Of a stretch of DNA of 64,000 bases, positions 20,001 to 28,035 are shown piece by piece. The DNA comes from an uncultured Hyphomicrobiales bacterium. Its GTDB lineage: Bacteria; Bacteroidota; Ignavibacteria; Kapaibacteriales; UBA2268. Location of the stretch: assembly GCA_964513465.1 (NCBI GenBank), contig CAZEMR010000004.1, positions 550-64,549 of the forward strand, given 5' to 3'. Within the stretch, counting starts at the first letter, position 1, and every line of letters starts with the position of its first letter. A program made the position numbers and the translations under genes. The notes beneath the pieces were generated by a model that saw only the letters and a list, made by a program, of their open reading frames with translations, was not told where the DNA came from and made no database searches.

Positions 20001-21024
20001 TCACCCGCACAGGCTTGCGGTAGTTAGACGCAAGCAACTGGGTGCCTTCCTGGGTCGTAATTATGTAACTATTATTTGTTGCTGCATTATAAATTTCTCC
20101 GGAAGCATAAAAATTATTGCCGGTCACCTGATTCGCTGCCAGGTCGGTCTCGGCCACCCGGCCAATGTCGGTCCAGGTAGCCCCGTTATCGAGCGAGTAT
20201 TGCAACAGGTAAGCCAGATCGGCATCTATTGCCGGGGGCGCGCCCGCCGGAGCTGTATAATTAGCCGGATTGACCGAGCGCTCGAAATATACCGGATAGC
20301 CGCCCGATGCATAATCATTCAAAAGCGATGCATAATTCTGGTCTCGATCGACCACTATTCCCGCCTTATTCGGCGAGAGCACCGTAATTCCGACCACCGT
20401 AAAATCCGCCGGATCGGTAAATGTTGTCTGCGATTCTATATCGTTGCTGTCGGCGTCGAATATACGTATATCGCCCGGCATAGTGGAATTGCTCCAGCCA
20501 ATCTCGGTCATAGCGCTTTCCGAAGGGCTGCCGGTTATATCGAACGACAATCTGCCGACAAAACTGCCGCGTCCGCCTGATGATGGCACAATTCCGCCCT
20601 GGCCAATATTAGCCTGATTAATTTCGAGCGAATAATAGCCACTCGAATAAGCCTGGGACGTCAGCGAATTATATCCATTGGCGCTGACCGCAAACTGTGA
20701 GCTGATATCATCGACAGGATCGGTCCGATTAATATTAACATTAATCGAATCCGTTGTTGATAGCGACTGACTCGCCGATGGCTGTAAATACTCGGAATTA
20801 TACTCCAGTACGAGCGAGGCATTACCAATACGCGGGGCAGAAGCCGATACCGCGCGCGCCCATATCTCGACATGTATCTGGTCGTAGCGGCGCCGCTGAT
20901 TCAGCGTGAATTCATAATATTGTGCATAAAGATCACCTGCTGTGAAAAGCAGTGCGACGAAAAGCATAAAGCCTATGCTTTTCCATGACTTAACGAATTT
21001 AAACGAGTTGGCGGAGATATGCAT
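14056..21024 (-). CDS. giant (2322 aa) secreted cell-surface protein, T9SS cargo, paralog of 2779..9117
   Basis: Signal peptide. N-terminal domain, LamG modules, 'RVLLEGYHNG...FTEITDGNYWVVVEHINHMPVMS' module and dockerin-like segment all collinear with the 2112-aa paralog. Type-A CTD 'VYPNPAGGDNAKLRF...SYYLYIESENFRLIRQINIIK'. Confidence 0.85.
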   Translation of the reverse strand: MHISANSFKFVKSWKSIGFMLFVALLFTAGDLYAQYYEFTLNQRRRYDQIHVEIWARAVSASAPRIGNASLVLEYNSEYLQPSASQSLSTTDSINVNINRTDPVDDISSQFAVSANGYNSLTSQAYSSGYYSLEINQANIGQGGIVPSSGGRGSFVGRLSFDITGSPSESAMTEIGWSNSTMPGDIRIFDADSNDIESQTTFTDPADFTVVGITVLSPNKAGIVVDRDQNYASLLNDYASGGYPVYFERSVNPANYTAPAGAPPAIDADLAYLLQYSLDNGATWTDIGRVAETDLAANQVTGNNFYASGEIYNAATNNSYIITTQEGTQLLASNYRKPVRVIWSKNPFFTERSEQARLRVIRLQGSTNTSITSRQKSSVIDMNDAKFVLGRLFFMQLNGTSEYLKTETNFSNSTQLTVETWLNLNSYQDYGSEPGIVVSSGGPGAAPVYNSNEGAWMLYLEDGRYPAFRVREIQARGENGYLGKVVAYRLDSLMAESDAEPLDQDHSGNWVHLTATVNNNEISLYVNGELVDRRVNDSTTDIRMMTTVHPVWIGVNPNGSIDASDYLHAGIKGVRVWRTALTQDEIRNRVAGVSDPTNVSTYGDLRRGLELYYTFEGEKDDEASNSTYQNGAQALDFYSGGVADDLATTYRPDQPHIRLTAPTGGVGVSNINGKVFDIRWVSYGLGDISTTGTADLAIEYSIDGGSSWNYARNPAGSELGGALAVDVETGTAQWEPYENNNASANLRTINPYAREVSMRMRGTSAFTQSNLTYISDDFWVAPYFALPIEEGDILAIDGEEGMNITSNVAFIEGWIRPYRFPTEEEGYFPILAKRDSNANELHYEFNLLPTGQLQLKLMDATGNERTATSDIDQPIVRPNSVSLDSAWTHVAAYVFLNSGLGQSEVRFYIDGTVQRADSIATQLGEDLSVNFLNEYPTYIGYNPGYTMVTWDTIPQQTQNVTISGNIYSGTPEDFERTTSAQIYDAAGNEHTLELSFVKTDQLNEYNFTQTIDGNDIARQTEQVSLTGTLDANAAEGDAYTIDGTIQDMQNDERDLELVFTRNADPDEYTLQINIDGNTISENIITFNNGVISSPFRIEVEASDINTAIGAQDFDAATPKNLAFVIADSTNPQSGLTLDAAAGNTADVSVMSDNLVFNTNGSLSQPQSIMLYAYDLNLALGSAAFDETAPMNIDVNLTNVTQLQSETDVNISNQDGSASAPVQNIVTSDNGNGNFIGEIREVRLWNGLPNNVSASGTEPTDLTLFVQGAQSVSTDSLLTSSKANLAAAYSFNGGSFIKNGYNRAVGYYPTTNSIVRHYGNDLRYVPAEPYVKLVEPAFKERVTNTATDVRVRWIGFNYNGQEFNVGANQETPPSLEFSIRGGGGKVIQPYQYLGGRYWQGNTQESMSLPTNSSYLYSGGTSSKYFASQVNASIADPDENDDGSFNDQGPLAAALTNARFRLTAKYTINGEQNTIQSEGPLFTVTPASNFTVRVLLEGYHNGVVAGNQIRNIGTSFDEGGLRIKLYRDNSGGIGALIDSAESTQGYDERDPTNRNAGNMRFGNVNFVFTEITDGNYWVVVEHINHMPVMSRFSAPFQYVGDNRSTWPIESGWDFESWNGTDDNVLPSATTNPWSGNYFTAYGNAIATSTKVGYSTTGLVFNNGVAGGSASAMPALVGGDIVRDGMINAADRVRVRVDAGTSIIGSDVTGDGLVNADDRTIVDRNHGKVSSLYDISFPTRTGKNNAPQSNYVIAPPDVNIAVAPENPGLSARFNRAAESAMNNADAKISGDRPMAGPLDYEVWTVPEVNGSKVDLHFYIKNKGRQFGLANCTFAVKYNSSMMDFAKLSGTGEVIFTDTTAGYNALTSAPDEGMKNAIPDMRTIEIDYDAFANPGGIAVPNEETYLGTLQFNLRKATGLVSFEWHEATSVHTTDSVLATPYGDFLQMAPIVLYDAEIVRPDGGEGIIAGSEYLVEWTTNADEEVDLEYTTNGGASWNSINSEPVSSASLKYKWNVPITNATECLVRIIDRGSRVALDTSDAKFSIYSVFAQIIRPSSGDQLYYGGKVGEIQWTAQGIDRVYFEFSADGSDWQRIPGTYNAEMKRANWRIPEVTTKSAMVRMIEESSGEVVATSSRFKILNGRVDITYPRSHDSPKVDVKTRIRWQALNAEAFDIQVSYSGGNHWETLYREVNPILGYADWTPSEITGTAKIRFIWNGDPEMEYDAVTFMIGSVEDILPAGYEFGEVYPNPAGGDNAKLRFAIPGAAKLNIRLMDISGAALKQLGEEVFPAGNHTVVIPLKGISSGSYYLYIESENFRLIRQINIIK
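15841..16002 (-). other. dockerin type-I-like duplicated Ca-binding module inside the 2322-aa protein
   Basis: 'VGGDIVRDGMINAADRVRVRVDAGTSIIGSDVTGDGLVNADDRTIVDRNHGK'. Same spacing and consensus as in the paralog. Confidence 0.6.
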
Positions 21025-21512
21025 ACTCCCTCCGGGAAATATTAATACATGATTTATTGTCTGATATTTTGCTCTGAAATGCCATATCTATATTATATAG
21101 TTATCTTTTATAAATATCGGACTTATCCGGATATTCTTTAACCGGGGCAGTCATTCAGGCGTAAATTTTCAATTTCCATGCCATAAGAGAAAATATGTCG
21201 AGCAGACAAGCTTATCCCGGCTATCAGAGTAGTTTAAAGAGGGCGACAGACAAAGCTTAAAATATTGACACACAACAACTTAGACGTCCCGCAAAAGACG
21301 CCGCCTAATTTATTTTTCAGTCAATTAATTTCGATTAATTTACTTTTGCAAAAGAATTAATATTTTTAAATATATGCTAAATATCTTAAATTGTAGTCAG
21401 ATTTGTATACATTTAGCCAATTGAGCGGCGAATATTTTTAAACAGCCGTTTCCGGCATCGGATATTCCTGAAAATATTTATAAATTCTTTCCCGATTTAT
21501 GGAGATAATCCT

Positions 21513-22406
21513 ATGAAAAAATTCCTGCTTAAGGGCACCTATACCGCTCTGGTCACGCCCTTTTACGACGATGGTTCTATTGATTTCGAGACATTAAAGG
21601 AGATGATCGATTTCCAGATCGACTCCGGAATCGACGGTATTGTCGTCTGCGGCTCAACCGGCGAAAGCGCCACGCTTACTGTCAAGGAAAAAATGTCACT
21701 AATTATTCAGTCTGTGGAATATTCCGCTGGCAGAGTCCCGGTGATAGCCGGCACAGGCACCAACAGCACCCAGGCAAGCATCGATATGACGATTATCGCG
21801 CGCGAGCATGGCGCCGACGCTGTGCTGCTGGTTGCGCCATACTACAATAAGCCTTCGCAGGAGGGCCTTTTCGAGCACTACGCCGCTATCAGCGATTCTG
21901 TGGATATTCCCCAGATTATTTACAATATTCCGGGGCGCTCGTGCGTGAATATACTTCCGGAAACACAGCTGCGGCTTGCGGAGGAATGCGAAAATATTGT
22001 TGCCACCAAAGAGGCGTCGGGAAGTCTGGAGCAGATGACGCAAATATGCAAATACGCCCCCGAGGGATTTTCGGTAATATCCGGCGACGACGCGCTGACC
22101 CTTCCGCTGATCGCGGTCGGCGGTGCAGGCGTGATTGCGGTTACCTCGAACTACGCCCCGCGCCAGCTCGGCGATATGGTCAAAGCGGCGCTTGCCGGAG
22201 ATTTCGAAACCGCCCGCCGGATTAATATGAAGCTGTTCGATCTGATGCAGCTCAATATGGTCGAGACCAATCCGGTGCCGGTCAAAGCGGCGCTTTCGGT
22301 TATGGGCAAAATGGAAGATATATACAGAATGCCGCTACTGAAGATCAACGATCGTAACCGCGCCAAAATAGAGCAGGCGCTTCGCAATGCCGATATTATT
22401 AAATAA
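21513..22406 (+). CDS. dapA: 4-hydroxy-tetrahydrodipicolinate synthase
   Basis: 297 aa. 'TALVTPF', 'GIVVCGSTGESATLT', 'PYYNKPSQEGL', 'IYNIPGRS'. Classic DapA/NAL-family TIM-barrel motifs. Confidence 0.9.
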   Translation: MKKFLLKGTYTALVTPFYDDGSIDFETLKEMIDFQIDSGIDGIVVCGSTGESATLTVKEKMSLIIQSVEYSAGRVPVIAGTGTNSTQASIDMTIIAREHGADAVLLVAPYYNKPSQEGLFEHYAAISDSVDIPQIIYNIPGRSCVNILPETQLRLAEECENIVATKEASGSLEQMTQICKYAPEGFSVISGDDALTLPLIAVGGAGVIAVTSNYAPRQLGDMVKAALAGDFETARRINMKLFDLMQLNMVETNPVPVKAALSVMGKMEDIYRMPLLKINDRNRAKIEQALRNADIIK

Positions 22407-22425
22407 TTATTGTATAAAGAAATTT

Positions 22426-23712
22426 ATGTCCGAAAATAATCTGAAATTCACAAACGGTTTCGATCAGCGCGAAACCTACGAACTGGTCGAGAATATTACA
22501 TCCGGCCGATTCAAATCCGAAATCGAATTGCTGAAATCCCTGGTCATGCAAATCGTAGACCACGACGATTTCGAAATCACAGGCGGCCGGGTATGGCGAT
22601 TCATCCCCGACGAAAACGTATACGAGCTGGTCTACCAGGCCGGCAACGTCAAGCGGATTCCGAAGGGGTACAAAGTATCGGTCGTCGATCAGCCGATTTT
22701 CGACGAATTGCCCAAAAGGCGCGCGATACTCAACTACGAGACCGACGAGCTGCTTCGGACCAAAGGCATCAAATTATATTCCGTTACTGGTGTTGGCGAT
22801 ATTGTTAATACCAAACACGGAGAGTATTATAGATATGCTCTCGGTTTTAACGCCCCTGCAATTTTGCAGCACTTTTTCGATACTCTGACAATTATCAGCA
22901 GCGTGACCACCATCGCACTGAACAATCTCTCGACTCGCGCAGAACACATGCGCCTTCGCGAGGATATTATCCAGGCCTCGGAAATTCAGCGAAACCTGCT
23001 GCCGGACAGTTATATGGAATTCAGCGACTATAAGGTTCATGGCGTCTGCATTCCGATACACTCCGTCGGCGGCGATTACTTTGATTATTTTCGGAATAAT
23101 TCCGAAGAAGAAGAGCGCATCGGAATTGTTATATCCGACGCTTGCAGCCACGGACTTCCCGCAGCGATTCAGGCACTATTCGTATCCGGTGCTATCCGCA
23201 TGGCAATGGCGGTATCGACCAAAATCACCCGCTGGATCAAACGCCTGAATACATTATTGATCGAGACCTTCCCCGATTACAGGTTCGTTACTCTGTTTTA
23301 CTGCGAGCTTACCACTTCGAAAAACCGGCTGGTGCTTTATTCCAACGCCGGCCACACAGAGCCAATCCACTACCGCGCAAGTATGGATAAAATCAGCTAT
23401 CTGGAATCAACCGGGGGATTTCTCGGAGTAATTGAAAATCAGAAATTTCACATGGAGGATTTCCATATGTATCCGGGCGATGTATTGGTTATGTATACGG
23501 ACGGCATCAGCGAAGCCCACGACAAAAAAGGCAACCTCTACGGCGTAGCGCGTATTGCTGAGCTCGTCCGTAAATACCATAAGGAATCGCCGAAATTTAT
23601 CAGCGATATGATACTCGAGGATGTCCAGCGCCACAGCGCCGGTTCGGACATTATTGACGACAAAACTCTGATAGTTGTCCGCCGCGACGACGCCACCCCC
23701 GGGACAGTTTAA
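22426..23712 (+). CDS. PPM/PP2C-type Ser/Thr phosphatase (SpoIIE/RsbU-like) with N-terminal GAF-like sensor domain
   Basis: C-terminal half has the PP2C metal-binding pattern ('GGDYFDY', 'ISDACSHGLPAA', 'YSNAGH', 'MYTDGISEA', 'GSDIIDDKTLIVVRRD'). Start placed at ATG 22426 ('MSENNLKF') rather than the overlapping 22387 ATG. Confidence 0.8.
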   Translation: MSENNLKFTNGFDQRETYELVENITSGRFKSEIELLKSLVMQIVDHDDFEITGGRVWRFIPDENVYELVYQAGNVKRIPKGYKVSVVDQPIFDELPKRRAILNYETDELLRTKGIKLYSVTGVGDIVNTKHGEYYRYALGFNAPAILQHFFDTLTIISSVTTIALNNLSTRAEHMRLREDIIQASEIQRNLLPDSYMEFSDYKVHGVCIPIHSVGGDYFDYFRNNSEEEERIGIVISDACSHGLPAAIQALFVSGAIRMAMAVSTKITRWIKRLNTLLIETFPDYRFVTLFYCELTTSKNRLVLYSNAGHTEPIHYRASMDKISYLESTGGFLGVIENQKFHMEDFHMYPGDVLVMYTDGISEAHDKKGNLYGVARIAELVRKYHKESPKFISDMILEDVQRHSAGSDIIDDKTLIVVRRDDATPGTV

Positions 23713-23740
23713 ATATATTAACAGACCAGATAAATCAGAA

Positions 23741-23768
23741 AGAGGGCCGATAAGCCCTCTTTTTTTTA
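23741..23768. terminator. bidirectional rho-independent terminator between convergent phosphatase and pth genes
   Basis: AGAGGGC-cgataa-GCCCTCT hairpin followed by T8. On the opposite strand the same hairpin follows the pth stop at 23766. Confidence 0.6.
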
Positions 23769-24452
23769 TCTGAATAATTTATTTTTCACTTCCGAGATTA
23801 TTTTCCTGACTGGCCGTTCGCGGTTTGCGCCGGACCGAACTTTCTCCGGGTCGGCATCCTCTTCGTCAAATACCCGGCCGGAGTTGATGTCGGACATTGC
23901 GCGGTCGGCGCTGGTGCGAACAATATGCTCGATGGCCAATACGGCATTGGCAATCATGCGGTCGCGCAGCGCTTTTTCGTCTTTCGGGAAATCCGCCAGC
24001 ACATAATTCGTAAGCTCGCCGGGCTCGAAGCGGTTGCCAATACCGCAGCGCAGCCTGTAGAAATCGGCCGAATCGAGATGTTCGATAACCGAGGCGAGCC
24101 CGTTATGGCCGCCGTCGCTGCCGCCCTTGCGCAGATGTACCCGCCCGACAGGGAAGTTGTATTCGTCTGCGACCACGATTACCCTCTCTGCGGGGATATT
24201 ATACTGATCGCAGAGGAATTTTACGGCTTCGCCCGAATTGTTCATATATGTGGTGGGCAGCGCCACCAACACCAGCCCGCCGTCAATTCGCAAAGTTGAT
24301 TGATAGCAAAGCGGATTCCATGCCATCACAGGTTTGTGATATTTCTCGCAAATTGCCGCGGCGACCATCCAGCCAATATTATGCCTGTTCTTAGCGTATT
24401 TATCTCCGGGATTACCCAGCCCCGCGACCAGCCATTCGAATTTAGCAGTCAT
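23766..24452 (-). CDS. pth: peptidyl-tRNA hydrolase
   Basis: 'LVAGLGNPGDKYAKNRHNIGW', 'MNNSGEAV', 'GGHNGL'. Start taken at internal Met ('MTAKFEWL', ATG 24450-24452). About 40-aa C-terminal extension. Confidence 0.85.
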   Translation of the reverse strand: MTAKFEWLVAGLGNPGDKYAKNRHNIGWMVAAAICEKYHKPVMAWNPLCYQSTLRIDGGLVLVALPTTYMNNSGEAVKFLCDQYNIPAERVIVVADEYNFPVGRVHLRKGGSDGGHNGLASVIEHLDSADFYRLRCGIGNRFEPGELTNYVLADFPKDEKALRDRMIANAVLAIEHIVRTSADRAMSDINSGRVFDEEDADPEKVRSGANRERPVRKIISEVKNKLFR

Positions 24453-24581
24453 TTTCCTTAATTCATATTTATATAAAAATAAAAAGGATTGGCAAAACTG
24501 CGCCAATCACATCTACGAAAACGAAAAGGATGCCAGGATATTTATCCCGGCATCCTCTGATTCTAAAATATTTCAAAAAAA

Positions 24582-25223
24582 TTATTCGGCAGATTTCTCG
24601 AGCGAGCCTTCTTCGACTGCTTCGGCCTCGGCTTCGGCTGCTTCGGCTTCGAGTTCGGCTTCGACTGTGGCGCTGACTCTCGGATGCACAACAGCGCAGA
24701 GCACAGAGTCCTGGTTGGCGTCGAATTCAAGATTTTCTGTTTCGATATCGCTCAGATGTATAGCCTGACCAAGCTCGAGTTTGGAGATGTCCACCTCGAA
24801 TTGCTCGACAAGGTCTTTCGGAAGGCATGTGACTTTGAGCTTATGCACAACACGCTGGAATATACCGCCGCTGCGGACGCCGGGCGCCTGGCCTTTGAAA
24901 TAGATCGGGATGGCGACCGTAAGTTTCTGGCCGGGCTTGATTCCGAGCAGATCGAAATGGATCAATTTGTCGGTTACCGGATCGAAATTGACGGATTTGA
25001 GCACACACTGGCGGGGTTCGTCCTCGCCCTCGATCTTGAGGTCGATCACTTTTGTATGCGATGTATATACATAGTCCCTCATCGAAAGCGGCGTTGCCGA
25101 AAGCGGAATTGAATCCTCGCCTTTGATATAGAATATGCCGGGAACCAGGCCTTGTTTTCTGAGTTTTTTGGCGCTGTTTTTACCGGTTTCGCGTTTCTGT
25201 ACCTGTAATAATTGTTCGTTCAT
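24582..25223 (-). CDS. rplY: 50S ribosomal protein L25 / general stress protein Ctc
   Basis: 213 aa. N-terminal L25 beta-barrel domain. C-terminal acidic 'EAELEAEAAEAEAEAVEE' tail typical of Ctc-form L25. Sits between prs and pth as in most bacteria. Confidence 0.85.
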   Translation of the reverse strand: MNEQLLQVQKRETGKNSAKKLRKQGLVPGIFYIKGEDSIPLSATPLSMRDYVYTSHTKVIDLKIEGEDEPRQCVLKSVNFDPVTDKLIHFDLLGIKPGQKLTVAIPIYFKGQAPGVRSGGIFQRVVHKLKVTCLPKDLVEQFEVDISKLELGQAIHLSDIETENLEFDANQDSVLCAVVHPRVSATVEAELEAEAAEAEAEAVEEGSLEKSAE

Positions 25224-25267
25224 GGCTTTGTCCTTAAATAAAAACCGTTATGAATTTATATATGTTT

Positions 25268-26221
25268 TTATCTTTCTACTACTTCGAATAATGAGCTTAT
25301 CGAGCGGTTGTCATGGGTGCGGATAATGGCTTCAGCCAATAATTCCGACACAGTGATGGTCTCGATCTTGTTCGAATCTTTTTTCATTGGCAGGGTATCG
25401 GTAACGAATACCCGCTCAATCGCTTCTGAATTTTCGATCATCTCCTGGGCGCGGCCGCTCAGCACCGGATGAACCGTAACGCCGATGATGCGGTTGGCGC
25501 CGGCGTCCTTCAGCGCTTCGGCGCACTTGACAAAAGTGGTGCCTGTATCGATCATATCATCGACTATAACCAGATTGCGGCCCTCGACCGTGCCGATTAT
25601 ATTCATAATCTCGGCGACGTTATGCGAGGGGCGACGCTTATCGACCAGCACCAGGTCGGCATTGAGCCGCTTGGCATACGCGCGTGCGGTCTTTACTCCG
25701 CCGACGTCGGGAGACGCAACTGCGAGGTTGTCCAGCTCCAGTCTTTTCACCGCGCGGATAAGCACCGGCGAGGCATAAAGGTGGTCGAGCGGAATATCGA
25801 AATATCCCTGAATCTGCGACGAATGCAAATCTATCGTAATGATGCGGTCAGCTCCGGCGCGCGCAAGGATATTGGCCACCAGCTTGGCGGTGATAGATAC
25901 ACGCGGCTGGTCTTTGCGATCCTGGCGGGCATAACCGTAATACGGAATCACAGCGGTAACTCTACGGCAGGAAGCACGTTTGGCCGCGTCGAGCATTATT
26001 AATAATTCCATCAGATTGTCCGACGGAGAATGAGTGGACTGAATAATGAAAAGGTCCACTCCGCGAACGTTTTCTTCGAATTTCAACCAGATCTCGCCAT
26101 CGCTGAAATTGCGGATGGCGGTTTCCGAAAGGTGTATTCCAAGATTTTCGGCTACTTTCTGCGCCAGTTTCGGATTCGACCGACCAGTTGCTACCTTGAA
26201 GTCCGGCATCATTATTTTCAT
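25268..26221 (-). CDS. prs: ribose-phosphate pyrophosphokinase
   Basis: 317 aa. 'DGEIWLKFEENVRGVDLFIIQST', 'IPYYGYARQDRK', PRPP-binding loop 'VIVDDMIDTGTT'. Confidence 0.9.
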   Translation of the reverse strand: MKIMMPDFKVATGRSNPKLAQKVAENLGIHLSETAIRNFSDGEIWLKFEENVRGVDLFIIQSTHSPSDNLMELLIMLDAAKRASCRRVTAVIPYYGYARQDRKDQPRVSITAKLVANILARAGADRIITIDLHSSQIQGYFDIPLDHLYASPVLIRAVKRLELDNLAVASPDVGGVKTARAYAKRLNADLVLVDKRRPSHNVAEIMNIIGTVEGRNLVIVDDMIDTGTTFVKCAEALKDAGANRIIGVTVHPVLSGRAQEMIENSEAIERVFVTDTLPMKKDSNKIETITVSELLAEAIIRTHDNRSISSLFEVVER

Positions 26222-26246
26222 TCGTTTCTGCTAAAAATAAAATTCG

Positions 26247-26318
26247 CTGGGATGGCAGGATTCGAACCTGCGAATGTCGGCTCCAAAGGCCGATGCCTTA
26301 CCACTTGGCTACATCCCA
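26247..26318 (-). tRNA. tRNA-Gln (anticodon TTG)
   Basis: Reverse complement folds as a cloverleaf. Acceptor UGGGAUG/CAUCCCA with U1-A72 (bacterial tRNA-Gln hallmark), D-arm GCCAAGUGGUAAGGC, anticodon stem UCGGC/GCCGA with loop CUUUGGA (anticodon UUG), T-arm GCAGG-UUCGAAU-CCUGC. CCA not encoded. Confidence 0.8.
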
Positions 26319-26423
26319 ATGACCGTTTTATCAGAGCTTACAAATATAACAGATATATATTTCTCAAACAAATTATTTCACTTGTTTTTTACGAAAATAT
26401 ATTTAATATATTGAGCTTATGAA

Positions 26424-27104
26424 TTATTTGCGGCGGCAGACCAGGCGGTATACATCTATTCCATGATGTATGCAGAATGTCTCCTTATCAGTCGGCGGCA
26501 GGCCCCATTCCGAGGCATCAACCCGCCGGGTTTCGAAGTCAGCATTGCCCTCCATCAGCTTGCGGTGGTATTCGTCCACTTCCGCTACATCGGTAGCCAG
26601 AAACAGCTCTCCGCCCCGCCGCAATACCCGCGCCGAATCGGTAAGAAATTTATCGGAGAACGCGCGGCGCTTCTGGTGCCGCTTCTTGGGCCAGGGATCG
26701 GGAAAAAGATAGAATATCCGCCCGACCGCTTCATCCGCTATAAAATCCAGCCCATTGACCACGCTGTACCACACAGCCGAGGCGTTGGCGATCGTCTCGC
26801 CGCGGGCGACTTCGTTGATCCAGCGCACCAGCGGACGGCGTATCTCGACTCCGAGCACATTCTCGACGGGATTCGCAAGTGCATACCGCAGCAGAAAGCG
26901 CCCCTTGCCGCAGCCCACATCGAGCGCGTCCGGCGGGCGGCATTCGGCAAAATGCTCGCTCCAGTCTATCGTTTCGATCAGCGGCGGATAATATGAAGGT
27001 TTTTCCTTCAGCTCGCTGGCCGGGAAGTAGAGATTGGGCGCCACATGGTGCCTCACCCGTTTCGGAAACGGATATTTATCGAAATCAATATCTGAGAATT
27101 TCAT
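26424..27104 (-). CDS. trmB: tRNA (guanine46-N7)-methyltransferase
   Basis: 226 aa. SAM-binding 'LDVGCGKGRF' and TrmB signature 'FPDPWPKKRHQKRR'. Confidence 0.85.
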   Translation of the reverse strand: MKFSDIDFDKYPFPKRVRHHVAPNLYFPASELKEKPSYYPPLIETIDWSEHFAECRPPDALDVGCGKGRFLLRYALANPVENVLGVEIRRPLVRWINEVARGETIANASAVWYSVVNGLDFIADEAVGRIFYLFPDPWPKKRHQKRRAFSDKFLTDSARVLRRGGELFLATDVAEVDEYHRKLMEGNADFETRRVDASEWGLPPTDKETFCIHHGIDVYRLVCRRK

Positions 27105-27109
27105 ATATT

Positions 27110-27955
27110 TTAATAGCTGATTGTCAAACCCGGTATTGCGTCATTCAGATCGTTGCGCTCATCGAGCGGCACATCATTGCCCCAAAGCTCCAGATAGCCA
27201 AGATTTCGCATTCGTTTCATCGCATCTGGCAGCTTGGTTAATTTATTTTCGGAAATTTCCAGCGTGTGCATCTGCTGCCACAGCTGGACGCAATCCGGAA
27301 TTTCATTAAGCTGATTTTTCGAAATCGCCAGATGTTCAAGGCCTGTCAGAAGGCATAATTCGCCCGGAAATTCCGTGAATTCATTGGCCATAAGATATAA
27401 TTTGCGAAGATTCGTAAGCTCGGCGAATTCGGTCGGGAGCTCGCTGAGCCGGTTGAAATCGAGATCGAATTCAGTAATATTCTTCAGCAATTTTACCTCG
27501 GCGGGCAACTGCATTATTTGGTTATAGCTCATGCAAATCCCGGTGAGCGAAGGCATGCGCGACATCAAGCGGAATGCGCCGGCCCAGTTCATTGTCGGAT
27601 TTGCAGTAAGATAAATTGTCTCAAGATTCTTTAGTTTTGTTAAATTTTCCGGCAATTCCGTGAGCATATTCCCGACAAGGAACAGCTCCTTCAGATTGGG
27701 CAATTGCGCGAGTTTATCTATCGCATCCCGAAGATCGAGCTCCGGATTATTGCTCAACGCAAGGTTTTCGAGATTTTTGAATTCCTTAATCTTATCCGGC
27801 AATATTTTAATATCCTTCATCGATAGGTCGAGCTTTGCGACCGAATCGGGCTGACCACCGGAGAGCTCTTCCCAGTCGATATTAGGAGCTTCCTGAGATT
27901 TTGCCGTAATGGCAAACACGAAGATCAGCGAAATAATCAGAGCAATTTTTTTCAT
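27110..27955 (-). CDS. secreted leucine-rich-repeat (LRR) protein
   Basis: Signal peptide 'MKKIALIISLIFVFAITAKSQ'. About ten 22-24-aa LxxLxxLxLxxNxLxxLPxxI repeats. Confidence 0.75.
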   Translation of the reverse strand: MKKIALIISLIFVFAITAKSQEAPNIDWEELSGGQPDSVAKLDLSMKDIKILPDKIKEFKNLENLALSNNPELDLRDAIDKLAQLPNLKELFLVGNMLTELPENLTKLKNLETIYLTANPTMNWAGAFRLMSRMPSLTGICMSYNQIMQLPAEVKLLKNITEFDLDFNRLSELPTEFAELTNLRKLYLMANEFTEFPGELCLLTGLEHLAISKNQLNEIPDCVQLWQQMHTLEISENKLTKLPDAMKRMRNLGYLELWGNDVPLDERNDLNDAIPGLTISY

Positions 27956-28035
27956 AATTAATTATATACATTTATTCGCAAAATTATATCATATATTCAA
28001 TCGCCGGGCGGGCCGATTTATTGTTTGGCAATTCA

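Noticed and set aside
22387-22425. Upstream ATG (22387) for the PP2C phosphatase gene giving a 13-aa extension overlapping dapA
   Set aside because: The extension 'MPILLNNYCIKKF' overlaps the dapA stop. ATG 22426 leaves a short gap after dapA and starts with a plausible 'MSENNLKF'. Either is possible. The shorter form was chosen.
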